From contig MU053652.1 in assembly GCA_013239625.1 (NCBI GenBank), forward strand, positions 2,854,001 through 2,918,000: a stretch of DNA of 64,000 nt, given 5' to 3'. Below, piece by piece: positions 1 to 13,416 of this stretch. Within the stretch, counting starts at the first letter, position 1, and every line of letters starts with the position of its first letter. The notes beneath the pieces were generated by a model. That model did not search any database. It had not been told where the DNA came from and saw nothing but the letters and a program-made list of their open reading frames with translations. The stretch comes from Lama guanicoe (lineage: Eukaryota). A program made the translations under genes and the position numbers.

Positions 1-242
1 CGATTTTAATTTCAGATTTTAAAGGTAGTTGCAACGTATCTTTAATGCTTGTTCCAACTTTAAAGAAATTATTTTTAGAAATAGCGCACTCCGCCTTGGG
101 TACACAAAGAAAGAAGACTCAGGAGAGGTAGCTTGAGTTTAATCTACCGTGCTTCCCCTATGTGCTCACACTGCCCCTTGCCTTGTTCCTGTCTGATAGC
201 AGGGGTTGTAATCTTCTTCTGTTTATCCACTATTCAGTGGCC

Positions 243-446
243 CAGGACTGTCCAAAATGGTAGCTACTAGGCACATGTGATTATTTTAAATCAAATTAAA
301 TGAAACTAAACTAAAAATTCAGTTTCTTCATTGTACCAGCCACGTTTCAGCTGTCTATTAGCCACATGTGGCTGGTATATGGGTGTTGGACAGTGTGGGT
401 ACTAAACAGTGCCGTTTTGCAGCAGGTTCATTTGGGCAGGTCTGCA
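243..446 (-). mobile_element. MER3-like hAT-Charlie MITE
   Basis: ctgtccaaaatggtagctactaggcacatgtg...aaaattcagtttcttc...tagccacatgtggctgg...ttggacag matches the recalled reverse-complement MER3 layout, with internal inverted tagccacatgtggcta motifs. Confidence 0.75.
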
Positions 447-699
447 CTAGAAGCTTTTTTCAAATAGCTTTCCTATAAATGCAGTGATTTTTCCACGGGT
501 AATGGGTGGGGGACTCTACCTAAGTGGATGTGCCAGAATTTCTGGGGGTAGGTGCAGAGCTTGGACTTTGATGCCCTCCCCACTCAAGATTTTAATCCTT
601 TCCTTTGAAGACACACGTTCCTCTAGCTATTTGTTGAGAATCAGTGCTCCACAGGAAGTTGATTGTGGGAGAGAAAATTGGTACCAGGAGCTTGTCAAG

Positions 700-1080
700 G
701 TTAGACTGTTACTTTGTGATAATTGGTGATGCACACACCCTGTTAAATAGCACCTGTGTATACAGTAAATGTCACTGTTTAATTTAGAATAGAAAGTGTT
801 TAGTAAATTAGGTACAGTGAGTGCTGACAAAAATATGTTTAAGCTTTTTAAAATGGGAAAAGAATAGAATATTGGAAATACGTCCATTTGTGCAAAACAG
901 GATGTATTATGTTGACATTTAGAAAATACATAATCTGGACAAATTCACAGGAAACAGTAAGAATAGTTCCTTCTGGGAAGGGAAAAGAAATAAGGGAACA
1001 GAAATAGAACAAAGTAATTTTTCCACTATATACTGTTTTCTTTATGTACCTTGTAACTGTGCTTTTATTAGTTAAAAAAA
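700..1080 (+). mobile_element. Highly diverged old L1 (L1ME-like) 3' end
   Basis: tagaaaatacataatctggac...aatagttccttctgggaaggg...ttttccactatatactgtttt ending in an A-run. Confidence 0.4.
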
Positions 1081-2664
1081 TCAGTCAATGAAGTAATTAA
1101 GGAAAAAGTAAAACACATCCTTAAAATGTGCTTAGATTGTTTAGGAGGTAAGGGTCATGTGGGATGGAAAGAATTAACCAGTTGAGTAAAAGCAGAGGGC
1201 TGGCCAGAGGTTTTAGGTGACCATCTGATGGCCCCATATGAGGCTTCTTGGCACACCAGGACCCAGAGTTGGCACACCATTTCTTACAGGCTAGTTAAAT
1301 TTTACAGCAATTAATTATTTTTATTACATTTAACTTAATACATTTTAGAAGAAAAAAGATTCCAAATACCGAATTTTTTTTTTCCATGCAAGCTTTCTTA
1401 ACACTTACGGAACACAGCTTAGGAAATGCTTATTTAAACTCTTGGAAATAATTAGCTCAGAAGGATCTGGTCTAGGGCACTCTGCCTCAGCCCATCTTTC
1501 AAGAAGATGAATATGGGTGTTAATTGTGTTTAATTTGAATAGTGATGCACTACAGTTTATTCAGCACATAGCACCCCACATAGAAGCCACATGTGGGCTG
1601 AGTATGGACTTAATAGTCCATGCTGTGCCTTCTGCTCCCCATTGTTTGCTTACAAATGCTGTCAGTGACCACGAGGTGGCAAGTGACCAAGGGCCAGCAG
1701 TGTGGGGCAGGGGCAGTGGGGATAGAGCTGCTTTCTTCCGCCTTCAAGCCCCTGTCTTTCAGCTTCCAGGAGTCTACGACATCAAAAACAGAGCGCCCAT
1801 ATAGTAAAAATCAAGTGCTGGTTTTTGAAAACAGAACCCTGCAATTCAGCAAAATTGGTCTTTTTCTATTAAAGCAAGTTGCTGGGATCAGTGCTTTTTC
1901 AGGAAAGAAAACTAAGGGGAAAATAACTAGTTAGGGAAAAATTGCGTCCTAAACTGCATATGTTACAAAGGAGATCTCATTTGTTGTGGAGTTTGAAGGC
2001 ACAGCTTCCCAAGGGCAAGGGTAATTTTCAAAATACTGAACAGTCAGTATGGCCTAGGAATCCAGACATTCAGAGCGGATGCCAGTCTTAAATCACTGGT
2101 GCGGCTGCACAGGGCGGACGTGACTCCTGCCGAAAGAGGAAGCCTCTCGAGGTGGGAGACGAGCGCTTCCTGGGTGTTGTGGCAGAGCCTGCAGGCTGTC
2201 CCCCAGTGTCCACAGCCCCCTCATTGTAGAATCACTGGAGCCCTCTTTCACGGCTGGGGTGTTTGGCAGCTCTATGGCCATGAGACTAAATTCTGGTGGG
2301 TGGGAAGTATGTTATCATGTGATCCTTTCTGGAACCTTCCTTAAGGAACAGCATGGATCCCTCTTGCCCTCTCTTTATGTGTGCCTTTCCCAGTCTGCTC
2401 TCTGGAGCGTGGATGCCCCGTCTTGGACCATGAGGTCGGGTCCCTTGTGGCAGAGGAACAGAATAGATGGAGTCCCACACTTGCCTTCCTGGACTTTTTC
2501 CTGAGAAAGAAAGAAACTTCTCTGGTTTAAACCACTGATACTTTGGGCTTCCTGTCACTCTCAGCCAAACCTAATTCTCACTAATGTTGGTCCCTGATCT
2601 GCAAGGCAGATTCAGTTTTATCTTGTGTAAAACTTCCTGATCATCCCGTGGGCTAGGTGTTCTT

Positions 2665-2795
2665 GTTCTCACTTAGTGGTTTAGGAGACTGAGGTTAAAT
2701 AAAAATTAAGTAACTTGCCCAAAGACACCCAGCTAGAGCCAGCATTTGAACTCATGTCTGGTTTTTCTGACATCAGATCACAAAAGCTTAATCCT
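2665..2795 (-). mobile_element. MIR SINE fragment
   Basis: gagactgaggttaaa...attaagtaacttgcccaaagacacccagctag...atttgaactc is the antisense MIR core. Confidence 0.75.
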
Positions 2796-3572
2796 TGCTT
2801 TAGTAACTAACATGAAACACAGAGAAGGGTATGTGGTGCATGGTTTTGTAACATTCACGCTTTGGCAGAGCCCCAATTTTGTGGATTTTTTAAAAAGACG
2901 TTAGGTTTTTCAGAGAAATTCATTTGTGGCTTTTTGAAAGTGACAAACACGTTAACTGTTTTTCAGTCAATAATACTTATCAGAAAAACTTTTTTTTTTA
3001 ATTTCAAAGAAACCTGTGTTGTTCCTCTAATTTCCAGTATTTGCTTAATTGTCATTTGCTCATTGGGACATTTCTATGAAAAGAGAATAGTTCAAAAAGA
3101 GATTTCATAGTTCATTTTCTTAGGTTATATCTATGTGGAGGAAAATCGGGGATTTTTTTTTTTTAAGCATTTTCTTTACTCTGCAACAACTCCCGACCAT
3201 TCCCCATCCTTGTTGTGTGATAATAGAGAAATTAGGATGGTTGTGGAATGAAGTTTATGGGTTACTTGGATAGTCACCTGGGGGCAGCCTCTGCAGCCAG
3301 CAACTCTGCGGTGTGGACACAGAGCGGAGACCTGGGCTGTGCTGCTTGGGGCCAGGGTGGAGCGGGCAGCCTGGCAGCTGATGCCTGGAGGGCAAGTGGG
3401 GCCCAGCGGGTCCGGGGAGTCTGGTGAACTGGGTCCAGTGCAAACATCCACTTGGCAGCAGAACCTGCAGTAGAGACAGGGATCTTGACCTGCTGCCCAG
3501 GCTCCTGTTGCTGCCCTGGGTGCCGCTTCAAGTCCACTCAGTCATTGCAGAACGGACGTTTAATTGGTTAGA

Positions 3573-3820
3573 GCAGTAGTCTCTGAGTTTATCACTGGAA
3601 ACGCTGGATCTGCATGTTTTGCTGTATAAGAAAGGATCCTGTGGCAAATAAGTTTGGGAAAATGCTGTGTTCTAATTGCTCTCCTGGGAATTCACAGTGC
3701 ACACATAGCGTCATAAAAGTCTAAGATGTTAAGAAATGTATTTAACTTTATAAAACAGTTTCTGAAACTTACTTGAAAATAGAAGTTGTATCTTTTAAAA
3801 ATTTAACACCCTATGGAACT
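3573..3820. mobile_element. Degenerate hAT-Charlie-type DNA element
   Basis: cagtagtctct start and aaataagtttgggaaaatgctg motif typical of Charlie MITE ends; subfamily unresolved. Confidence 0.35.
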
Positions 3821-4014
3821 ACTTCGTGATTCTTTTTAAGTTAATAATGGTTCTGGAAATTGCTATCTGAGAAGATTGAGTTCCTGAGAAAATGCAAAAT
3901 TTGAATCTAGCAACATGGGACTTTTCTTGGTGTCCTATTTGCTCTTATTTGCCAGGCCATATTCTTGAAAGTTCAGTGCATCTCTGCTTGTGTACATTCA
4001 CAGGAGCTAAACCT

Positions 4015-4160
4015 TAAGGCTTGAAAGGCCCTTTGAGGTCATCTAATTTGGCTTTCTCCTTTGCTAGTTGAAGAAACAGGATTTAGAAAGATTAAGTCAC
4101 TTGCCAAAGGCCACACAGCTGATACGTGAGGACACCAGGGCCAGGATTTCTTCATGTGCC
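4015..4160 (-). mobile_element. MIR/MIR3 fragment
   Basis: gaagaaacaggatttagaaagattaagtcacttgccaaaggccacacagct. Confidence 0.65.
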
Positions 4161-5369
4161 ATTAGTCAGTTCCTGGTGGAAATTACTTGAGGAAGTTCCT
4201 TATTTTTAAGACTTTTTTTTAATGCTATCTCCAGGTGGGGCTGGGATAAGAGTAAAAGAGTAGATGTTTGATTCCCTGCCCAGGCTTTGGGAGAGGTAAA
4301 GAGAGCAGGTGAGAGAGCGCCCGCCGGAGCACAGGTGGCAGTCAGCAAAGGGAGTTCTGCAGAGGGAAGTCAGAGCCCGGGTCAGGATCAGGAATGTTCT
4401 AGAAAGTCATTCTGTTTGTGTGACTAAGAGTGACAAGAGAAGCCCTCTTTTCGAGTCACTTCCTCGTGGCTCCTACACAATGAACATACGAACAACTCAA
4501 CAGACAGTATTGTAGCCGTTGTGGTTTATAGAATGGCGGCTGCTTGAGCCCATTGGGAAGTGTCTGTGAGCTAAAAGGTAACACTCGTCTGTTTTCCATG
4601 GAGTTAAGGGTTTGGGAAGAAGGACTTCGAGGATTTTTTTTTTTAACAAGCCCAGGGTATTGACATCATTAGGGTCCAAATTATTTTGCTTTGATTGAGA
4701 TTTTCTTTCTTTCATGGTGAAGTTGGTAGACCTCGCCCGTTGATTGCTCTGCAAAACTGGATCCTTTCGTTGTTGTGAGAGTTTCTTTTCCGATTTTGTT
4801 TATTAAGTGTCAGAATATCACTTGTCATAAACTTTTTGTGGAGTAATCTTGAGTATTTTTCTTATGTTTTATGAAATACTGTCTGTAGTCTTACAATGAA
4901 ACAACGCTATTTATCTGTTATAACCAAAGCTTTCCTTTTGTGTGTCCCCTTTTGAAGGTGCTACATTCAGAGTGAAACCTGTACATCTGACCTCAACATG
5001 TAAAGATGTTAAGTTTTCTTTCTGATAGCCTAGAAGAAGAGAAAAATCATAAGGCTATATAGCATTGCTGTGTTTCTGTTAAGTAAGTCAGGAAAATTCC
5101 TATAATGCAAACTCTGGGACATCATTTCTAAACCCTGTTGTAGTGTCTCATCTCCTGTAAAGAATTGAAAAGATTTGCTGCAGTAAAAAGAGACACTAGC
5201 ACCAACGTTTACTGAAACTCTGAAACGTTAAATAAAACCAAACATGCAGAGATGACAGAATGAGTCTTATTTCTGAAAGTAGTAGTTTTCTTCGCATGGC
5301 TATGGACCTGATGGCTTTTAATAAGTAATAATGAGCATTTTTGATTTTACATATATATCTATATATATG

Positions 5370-5720
5370 CATTTATTTTTAGAGCAGTTTTAGGTACAAG
5401 GATGTCCCATCTACTCCCTGCCTTGCCCATCCATCATCAACATCCCCCATCAGAGTTGGTACATTTGTTTCAGTTGGTGAACAGATCATAATCACCTGAA
5501 GTCTTGGTGGTGTACATTCTGTGGGTTTGGACCAATGTATAGTGATGTGTATCCATTATTACAGTATCATATAGAGGATTTTAACCATCCTAAAAATCCT
5601 CTGTGCTCCACCAGTTCATCCCCCTGACCTGCAGCTTTGGCAACCACTGATCTTTTAACAATATCCATAGTTGTGACTTTTGCACAGTGTTGTATAGTTG
5701 GAATCATATGGTGTGTAGCC
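5370..5720 (-). mobile_element. L1MC-type LINE-1 3' UTR fragment
   Basis: tttagagcagttttagg...ggtacatttgtt...gtgtacattctgtgggtttggac...ctaaaaatcctctgtgctcc...ggcaaccactgatctttt...gttggaatcata. Confidence 0.8.
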
Positions 5721-5860
5721 AGTAGCTATATTTTGAGCCAGGCAATTTTTCTCTTATTTATGCCTCAGGGCCCAGCATTTTAGAGGCTTTTTTGAGGCAG
5801 AAAACTTGTTTGACTTTTGTCAAGTGATTTTTGTGAGAATTTTACAATTTGGATAGAAAA

Positions 5861-5861
5861 G

Positions 5862-5896
<35 letters not shown>
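5861..5896. repeat. (GTT)12 microsatellite
   Basis: 12 perfect gtt units read directly. Confidence 0.97.
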
Positions 5897-5897
<1 letters not shown>

Positions 5898-5959
5898 TTG
5901 TATTTGACTGTTAACTTTTCTTCTGCTGAACTGGAGCCAGGGCTTGATGAACACATGGG

Positions 5960-6320
5960 GCTGCTTTTGCTGCTGCTTTTTCACAGGCTGGTCCCTCTGC
6001 CTGGTGTGCTCGCTCGCGCTCACGCGTGGAATGCCTCGTCAGCTCTCCTAGACATCTTTGAAAACCTTTTTGGGGCTATACCTGCTCGTGATTCTTTATT
6101 CCACCCATTTCTGTCCAGACAGACCTTCCTCTAGTGTCTTTGTCCACAGTTTAGTTATTGCACTTTTTGACTCCAGTGTAACTTTTGACTTACATGTCTG
6201 TGTCCCTTTCTAGACGCTGACTTCCTTGGGGACAGGGCTTGGATCTTCATGTCTGGAACCTGGGTGGGGCTGAGCACAGGGTCTGGAACGTTTAGTGGTT
6301 ACGTGAACTGAACTGAACTT
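5960..6320 (+). mobile_element. L2 LINE 3' end
   Basis: tgtctgtgtccctttctagacgctgacttccttggggacaggg...gcacagggtctggaac...tgaactgaactgaac tail. Confidence 0.6.
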
Positions 6321-6664
6321 CTCTATGTAATAAAACTGTGTTTTAGAGGTTTTTTTTCATTATATCAAAGTGATTTTATTTTTTTGGATTAGAATGAACT
6401 TACTATCCGAATTGAAAAAAATCATGATAGTGTTCTTTTGAATTACTTTTATGAGTCTAGCGGAGTCTTCGGTCATCGCAAAAAGACCACTGATATTTTA
6501 TTTTCGTATGTTATTGTATAAATATCTCTAGATTGTGTGTTGCTAATTCTGGGTTAAACCTGAGGCTCTAGAATTTATCTGTTGCTAGAAGATTTCAAAA
6601 GAAACTAAGTCGGGAATCTTCTGTGCTTTGTAAACATATATCTTCAGGTCCTCAGGGTGTGAGG

Positions 6665-7090
6665 TGTTTTCTTAGATTGAGTTCCCCTGGGAGAGGCATG
6701 GATGCCTGTGCATGTAGTTTATTTGGAAGGTGAGAAAAACACTGGAAGCACCGATGGTGTGTTACCAAGCTTGTCACCGCTGTGGGCAGCTGGAGCCCCG
6801 CTCTGCTGGGACTATGGGAGGCAGCGTAAGGCACCTGCCTCAGTGGATCCCAGCTGAGGCTGTAGAAGCTGGGTCATTGACACATCACCTCTGGTCGGCC
6901 CCTGATTGAGGGCCGAAGGAGGGTGCCAGCATTTATTTCTGGTACCCTGCCTGCCCTGTGGGCCCCTGTCCGAGCCCGAGGCACAGCCCTATGGGCAGAG
7001 AGATGCAGCGATGACAGGCCTGGCCAGGGTAGCAGCAAGCCCAGAGACGAGCCTGGGAACATTGATGGGGGCAGGTGGTGCCTGGTGCAG
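6665..7090 (-). mobile_element. LTR33-like ERVL solo LTR
   Basis: tcttagattgagttcccc...gtagtttatttggaaggtga...ggtgtgttaccaagcttgtcaccgctgtgggcagctggagc resembles the recalled LTR33 consensus. Confidence 0.6.
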
Positions 7091-7394
7091 ACAGGGCTGT
7101 GTGGCTACTTATCTGACAGTTCAGTCTTAGTGTTTTGAATCATGAAATGTCCAGATAGAAATAAGCACAATATTTCCCCCTGTTTGAACTAAGATAATTC
7201 CTCCTATGGAAGGGAGGTTTATGAAAGGTCACTTTGAGTAGGCTCTGCTTGAACTTTGTACCTGACTGCTCCTTCTGTCTTTGAATTGCCCTAATTGTTA
7301 TAAAGTTGTCCTTATACTGAGTAGATGTCTGCCTGCTGGTGACTTTGGCCGGTGTCCTGGATTTTGGAGCAAGGTGCAAACCCCCGCTGCATGT

Positions 7395-7560
7395 GCTGGT
7401 TCTGTACGTTCTCATTCAGTCTTCATGACAAGCCTGGCAGGTAGGTGTCATCTTCCCTTTTACAGATAAGGCGGCTGAGACTCAGAAGCTGAAGGTCCTG
7501 AATATTTTTAGAAACTAGATGATTTACCAGGGTCATGACATACCAAGTAGTGGCTGGCTG
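7395..7560 (-). mobile_element. MIR fragment
   Basis: tctcattcagtcttcatgacaagcctggcaggtagg...cccttttacagataagg...ctgagactcaga. Confidence 0.7.
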
Positions 7561-8284
7561 TGTCTCCAGTGGCCCTTCAGTGTGGGAAGGGGAGCAGGAT
7601 GACATTTGATAGAACAAGATCCAGGACCCTCACTGCTGCACTGAAAATCTATGCTTCACCTCCATTTGTCCAGCACAGGCCTCGAAGTCAGGTGGGAGGT
7701 AGGGACTTGTCATATGCATACCTGCTCCCTTACTCCCCATATCGGAAAATGTCACCACCCTCAGATAGTGGTTTCTCATGGCAGCTGGTTAATTGTAATC
7801 TGTCAACTGGGGCCTCTTGGTGTATGGCACTCACTGAGTCTCTGTAGGGAAATCAGGTGACATTCAGACTCTGCAAACACACGTGCTGGGTCTCTGTGCA
7901 TCATGCAGAGTAAAGACTCAATAAACATTTGTTGACTTTTGAAGCATCAGGTGGTGGCCTGTGAAGTCGAAAGATAGGGGGTAGGTGTTGGAGTGCCAGC
8001 CACACACCATGCACAGCCTGCACCTGGCCGAGGGGTCCTGAGGCGGGATTGGAGTGAGGCAGCACAGCCAGAGTCGAAACAGGTGGTCAGTAATTGAAAG
8101 GGGGGAGGCAAAGTCATATGGTAGAAGCCCGGTTGAGTGTTAAACATGAAGGACAAAACTATCAATGGGACACAGGGGTGGGGAGGTAAGGTCAGAGACC
8201 AGCAGGAATTGGAATTAAGAGTAGATTCCAATGCAAGAAGCCATTCTGGGCGAGAGACACAGGATGGAGGCTGTATAGTAAGGT

Positions 8285-8455
8285 TTAACCTGAGCAAACC
8301 CCACACCTAGCCTTTCCACTTCCAGGTATATACCCTAGAGAAACTTTGGAACATGTGTATAAAGAGACAAGTGCAGGAGGACACCACCATTTAACTTTTG
8401 TGGATGCAGAAATAAGTGGTAAAAATAGGAAGACATCCATGGATAAACACTAAGT
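8285..8455 (+). mobile_element. Old L1 ORF2 3' fragment
   Basis: ttccacttccaggtatataccctagagaaact...acatgtgtataaagagaca. Confidence 0.6.
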
Positions 8456-9859
8456 TTAGAACAGTGGTTTGAGCTGATCCCATTTTTTCTTGTTAATACG
8501 TGATTCAATAGCCCCAAATCGTCTTCAGAGGTGGCACTATCTAGGATCCTATTCTCAGTAATGAATAACAGGTTTTGGGTTTTGAGCATATGTATGCTAG
8601 TTGGGCTGATAGAAACTGGCTGGTAGGGCTGGAAGGACTTCTCTGCTTTGTGGACGATGTATCTGAGAGGCAGGGACAGAAATCCAGGTAGCTAGTGGTG
8701 AGACTGGAAGTAAGAATCAGGCTTTATTGGCTGCTTGCTCACTACTCCCTGCTCCCCAGTGAAGGATCTTTTCTGTAAATTCATGTTACTGTCACCGGTG
8801 TCCTTAACCCTTTTCTGTATCCTCCATTACAGCACTTCAGAGAACTCTGGTGCTTTAAGGTATAATTTCTAAACCATGACAATTGCATAGATCACCAAAC
8901 CTTAGTGCATTTTTCTTCTGTTAAAATATATTAGGGTCATTCCACATTTCTTTTCTTCCCTCCCAAGATGTTTTTGTAAGTAAGCCCCAACATTATATGG
9001 ATCAGATCATTTGTTCTGAAAAATCTTTGTAGGATAAATTCTTAAAAGTTGTCAATGATTAAATAATTTTAAATAGGAAAAGTTTTAATAATCCTGAGCC
9101 CTCAAGCTGACATTCATTTATACTAACACAACACTAAGTTCAACTAGACACTGATACAAGTGCTTCAGGGAGTAGCATCATTACCATAACATGACATAAA
9201 AAGACACGGTGTTCTCTGGAATACCGCTCTTTGTCCACTTTTCTTGAGCTCTTTCCTAGCTATTGCACACACTGGGTTGAAGACCACAGTCAGAAACAAA
9301 ACATCATGATTCCGTGACAAGATACCTCTTAAATTCTGTTTAATGCAAAGCAGTCAAATAGTATATAGACAAAATAAATCAATGGAAACAATGCAGTTTC
9401 GAAGGTTAAATGCCTGAAGTTATCAATGTGGTGAATTAACAAACCCCAAGTATTATGAAATGAGAACTTACATACAGCATGCTCCAGCTCTAAAACCACA
9501 GTGATGTCCACTGCGGACTCTTGTCCTTTGGTGTGTAGCTGGCCTTCTGGTGCTCCATACACAGATAGCAGTATTTCTTAAATGCTGAGAAATGCTGCAT
9601 ACCAAAAATTGGGGTATTGAAAGAAACTGCCTGTGAAGTTGAGTTCCCTTAACTCAGCTTGGGTGTACGGGTGTGTTTGAAATGGAAACAGGTTTGTGTG
9701 TGTGTTGGTCATGTTAATGGAAAAAAGAGAAAAGCAAATAAAAACAATTTCTTAAAGATATGCATGCAGATAAATTCTTCTTTGCTTTTCTCCTACCTTT
9801 CTCTTCAGCTCTGAGACTTACATAGTTTAATTTCATTCAAAACCACTGAGTTAAAAAAA

Positions 9860-10453
9860 ATTAATTAATTTTTAAAAAATTGAAGTATAGTCAATTACAA
9901 TGTGTCAATTTTTGGTGTATAGTATAATGGCCCAGTCATGCATGTATATATATATATTCATTTTCATTAAAGGTTATTACAAGATATTGAATATGGTTCC
10001 CTGTGCTATACAGAAGAAATTAGTTTTTTATCTATTTTTGTATATAGTGGTTAACGTTTGCAAATCTCTAACTCCCAAATTTATCCCTTTCCACCTCCTT
10101 TCCTCGGTAACCATCAGATTGTTTACTATGTGTGCGAGTCTGTTTCTGTTTTGTAGATGAGTTCATTTGTGTCCTCTTTTTTTTCTTTTTTCTTTTTCTT
10201 TTTTTTAGATTCCACATATGAGTGATATCATACGGTATTTTTCTTTCTCTTTCTGGCTTACTTCTCTTAGAATGGTGATCTCTCGGTCCATCTATGTTGC
10301 TGCAAATGGCATTATTTTATTTTTTTTATGGATGAATAGTATTCCATCATATAAATATACCACAACTTCTTTCTCCAGTCATCTGTCAATGGACATTTAG
10401 GTTGCTTCCATGACTTGGCTATTGTATATAGTGCTGCTAGGAACACTGGGGTG
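9860..10453 (-). mobile_element. Lineage-specific (camelid-type) L1 3' end, 5'-truncated
   Basis: ttgaagtatagtcaattacaatgtgtc...ggttattacaagatattgaatatggttccctgtgctatacag...agattccacatatgagtgatatcatacgg...gctgcaaatggcattatt...ggacatttaggttgcttcc; ORFs 9900-10160 and 10218-10400 are its antisense translations. Confidence 0.9.
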
Positions 10454-12124
10454 AGCTTTTACTTCTTATAAGTTATTATGCTTTTTATCGCATAGAATGA
10501 GTGATCAGTAGATTACTTAGCTAACTTATAATCAGTGGTAAATTATGTCCAACATCCTATTTGTGGATAGTGAGCATCCTTTGGTATTCTGTAGTCTCCT
10601 GTTCTAGGTGTGCTTAAAACTTAGGTGACTACTTATAGCCAAAGAAATCATCCCTTAGCTGACTCTGCCTGGATAAGTTGAAATATATCATTGGGATATT
10701 TCTAGTTGATTCAGTGTACTATTCAGTTTTGGGTATAATTCTGTCTGCACTTGGGGAATGGTGATCTATATAATTTGATTTAGTAGTAACAGTAATTTTC
10801 AGGACATAAACTTTACAAAAGTAAAAAAAATTGTGCCACATATTTGATAGTAAAATTTTCTGTTTCATGAATAAGAATGGAAAACTGCGTTGACATTTTT
10901 TCAGTCACACTGTCAGAAAGTGGTGTTCCCAAATTTCTTCTCCCCTTTTTTTCTCCCTTTTGTCAGCAGATGGCGTCTTACTGTTTCCTGTTTCTTTTCT
11001 GCTCTCTTTGCCTTTTTATTCCTTCCCTACCTCCTCCCCTCCACCGACATTTGTCACAAGAATAGATGCTGTTATTTAAAAAGTCTTGATTGTGACATGT
11101 TGTCTTTTCAAAAGGACAAGAAGGAAATGAGGAAACAGGTTTTCATTGCCTAAGGCATAATACAACTGGTTAATTTTCTCTGCTAATATATTTGTTACAG
11201 GAACACCCGTTTTCCTTTAGAAGCAGATGTTAGGTTTTATTGTAACAGTTAAGTGTGCCTTTATATTTCTATCATGTTGCTTTGCATGTAGATGACTCCT
11301 TTTTTCTGTTTTAGGTAGATGGGCAGTGTTTGTTAAATTTTAGGTACCAGGCTATATTCCAAAGAAAAATTCTTTGATGTACAGACAAATAGATTAAAAT
11401 ACATTTTAGCTTATTTGGGAGTTAAACTGATGTGACAGTGCTCTAGACAGTGGGCTAGTCATCATGAACATGAAGTAAACATGAAGACTTAGGATCGGGT
11501 AAAGAACACAGACAACTTAATGAAAGATTGTTAATGACTGGAACGGGGTTTAATTAATATGTATTGTAAAACCAGACTGCGTGTGGGACAGTGTGTTTGA
11601 GTTAATTAAATATTCTAAGGAATACTGTGGACCCCACATGCCTTATCCCTTTTCCTAGCCTTTCTCCATCACTAAATATTTATTGCATGTTTCCAGAATG
11701 AGTATGACATAAACAAGTATATGAAACTGTCTTTGCTGTCAAGAATACACTCTTATTGAAAGCGATTTCCTGCTTTGGGAAGAATACTAGGGTGAGCCTG
11801 GGTTAAGCTTTCACATGTTATCTCTCATCTCTGCTTGTCTAAATCCAGGTTTCAACTCAGTGCTGTCTTCATGATTATCTTAATTCTCCTCCCACCCCTC
11901 TCCACTCACCTGCCCCACCTCCAAAAAAAGTGACCTCAGCCTCCTCTGAACACCATTAGCATTTGTGTAAGCCCTTTTCTTGGCCTTGCCACTTACTGCT
12001 TTGGAGTCTGTACTTACAGTTGCTGAACTTAAAGCATCTTGATGCCCAGTAGTTCTCAGCACAAAACCCTGCATAGAAATGCTGTTCACTGATTTGTTGA
12101 ATGCTTATTGGATATTAACTTTAT

Positions 12125-12350
12125 ATGGGCGTGGGCTCTTAGAATCAGTCAGACCTGGGTTTGAGACTTAGCTCTGCTGTTTACTAGCTCTGTGATTTTG
12201 GCCAAGCCTTAACCCCTCTGAATTTCAGTTTTCTCATCTGCAAGCTGGGGGTGATAATGACTTACATGATAGAGATGCTGTTAAGATAAAAAGCAACAGT
12301 GTAGGTAAAACACAGTGTCTGGCACATGGTAGCTGCTCAGTAAATCTTGG
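12125..12350 (+). mobile_element. Near full-length MIR
   Basis: cagacctgggtttgag...tactagctctgtgattttggccaag...aacccctctgaatttcagttttctcatctg...acagtgtctggcacatggtagctgctcagtaaat. Confidence 0.85.
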
Positions 12351-13416
12351 TGTGTCTCCACTTGTCTTCCAAGGACACACACACACATATATACATACAC
12401 ACATGGTGTGTGTACAAGATGCTGGACAGCAAAAGAAAGTCAGAACCACGCAGGTCCTATGCCCATGTTGGTTAGAGAAGAGATAAAGCCATACAAGGTA
12501 GAAAAAAATGGTACTATTTAGACAATAGATATGGAGTGCCAGTGGAAGTTCACTTCTTTCTCCCAGAGAAAGAACGGCTGTGGTTTCCAAACCAAATGTA
12601 AAAAGTAGCAATTGTGCACAAAGCAGAAGAATGAGTAGGGTTGAATGGGTGGGACTGAAGTCTAGAGGCAGATAGATATTTTTTAATGTTTGTCTTTTCA
12701 AAAGTCGTTGTACAGTAGAACTTTATGGTCAAAGACTGAGATTAGAGATGGATATCCCTACTGATCTGCTAAGTAGTTTTCTCAGAAACTTGCCAAGTGC
12801 TTAAATGTGTTCTCAGATGGCCTGCTCTGTTTGGCATAAGTGTGGTAGTTGCCAGCAGGAATGTTGGAAGTGACAAAATAGCTTGGCAGCAACTTTACCA
12901 GCATTGGAATTTTGGCGGTTTATAGCATTGTATTGGATATATTTCCCATGGATGTGGAGAAAAGGAAAACTAACTTGATAACTGTCCCTAAAGATGTCAG
13001 CAATAAGCTTTTCAGCTTTATAGTGAAAGAATCACATATAATACAAAATAGCTCCCTAGTCCTTTCTGAGTATACAGATCTTCCTTAGAGCTTTGAAGCA
13101 GATAGGGAATAAAAGAGGAAAGCAATACTAGACCACGCCCCTGCCCCAAACCAAATGTTTTACGCTTGTTGAGCTTTGTATCATCCAAATTCAAGACCTG
13201 AATCTCCAGTCTACACTCTGTGACGTTAATATTAGTGATCCCAGTTGGCACAAAGATGTATTGCTCAGGCTAGTGAATCAGTAAGTAATGGAATCAGCTT
13301 TTACTCTCCATTCATATTTTGCAAATCTTCACAATGAGGAAAGCTTCCAATACCCACAAATATCAGTCCGTCTCTAAGTAGGCGCCACTGTGACTGCAAA
13401 GTGTCCTCAGGGAAGT

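Noticed and set aside
4958..5082. Possible exon (tttgaag| ... aa|gtaagt)
   Set aside because: AAG acceptor and weak exonic donor context; no other support
5817..6134. Poly-Leu (+) and poly-Gln (-) ORFs
   Set aside because: Translation artefacts of the (GTT)12 microsatellite and adjacent L2
12234..12701. 155-aa hydrophobic ORF
   Set aside because: Spans an antisense MIR and a (CA/TA) tract; hydrophobicity reflects T-richness
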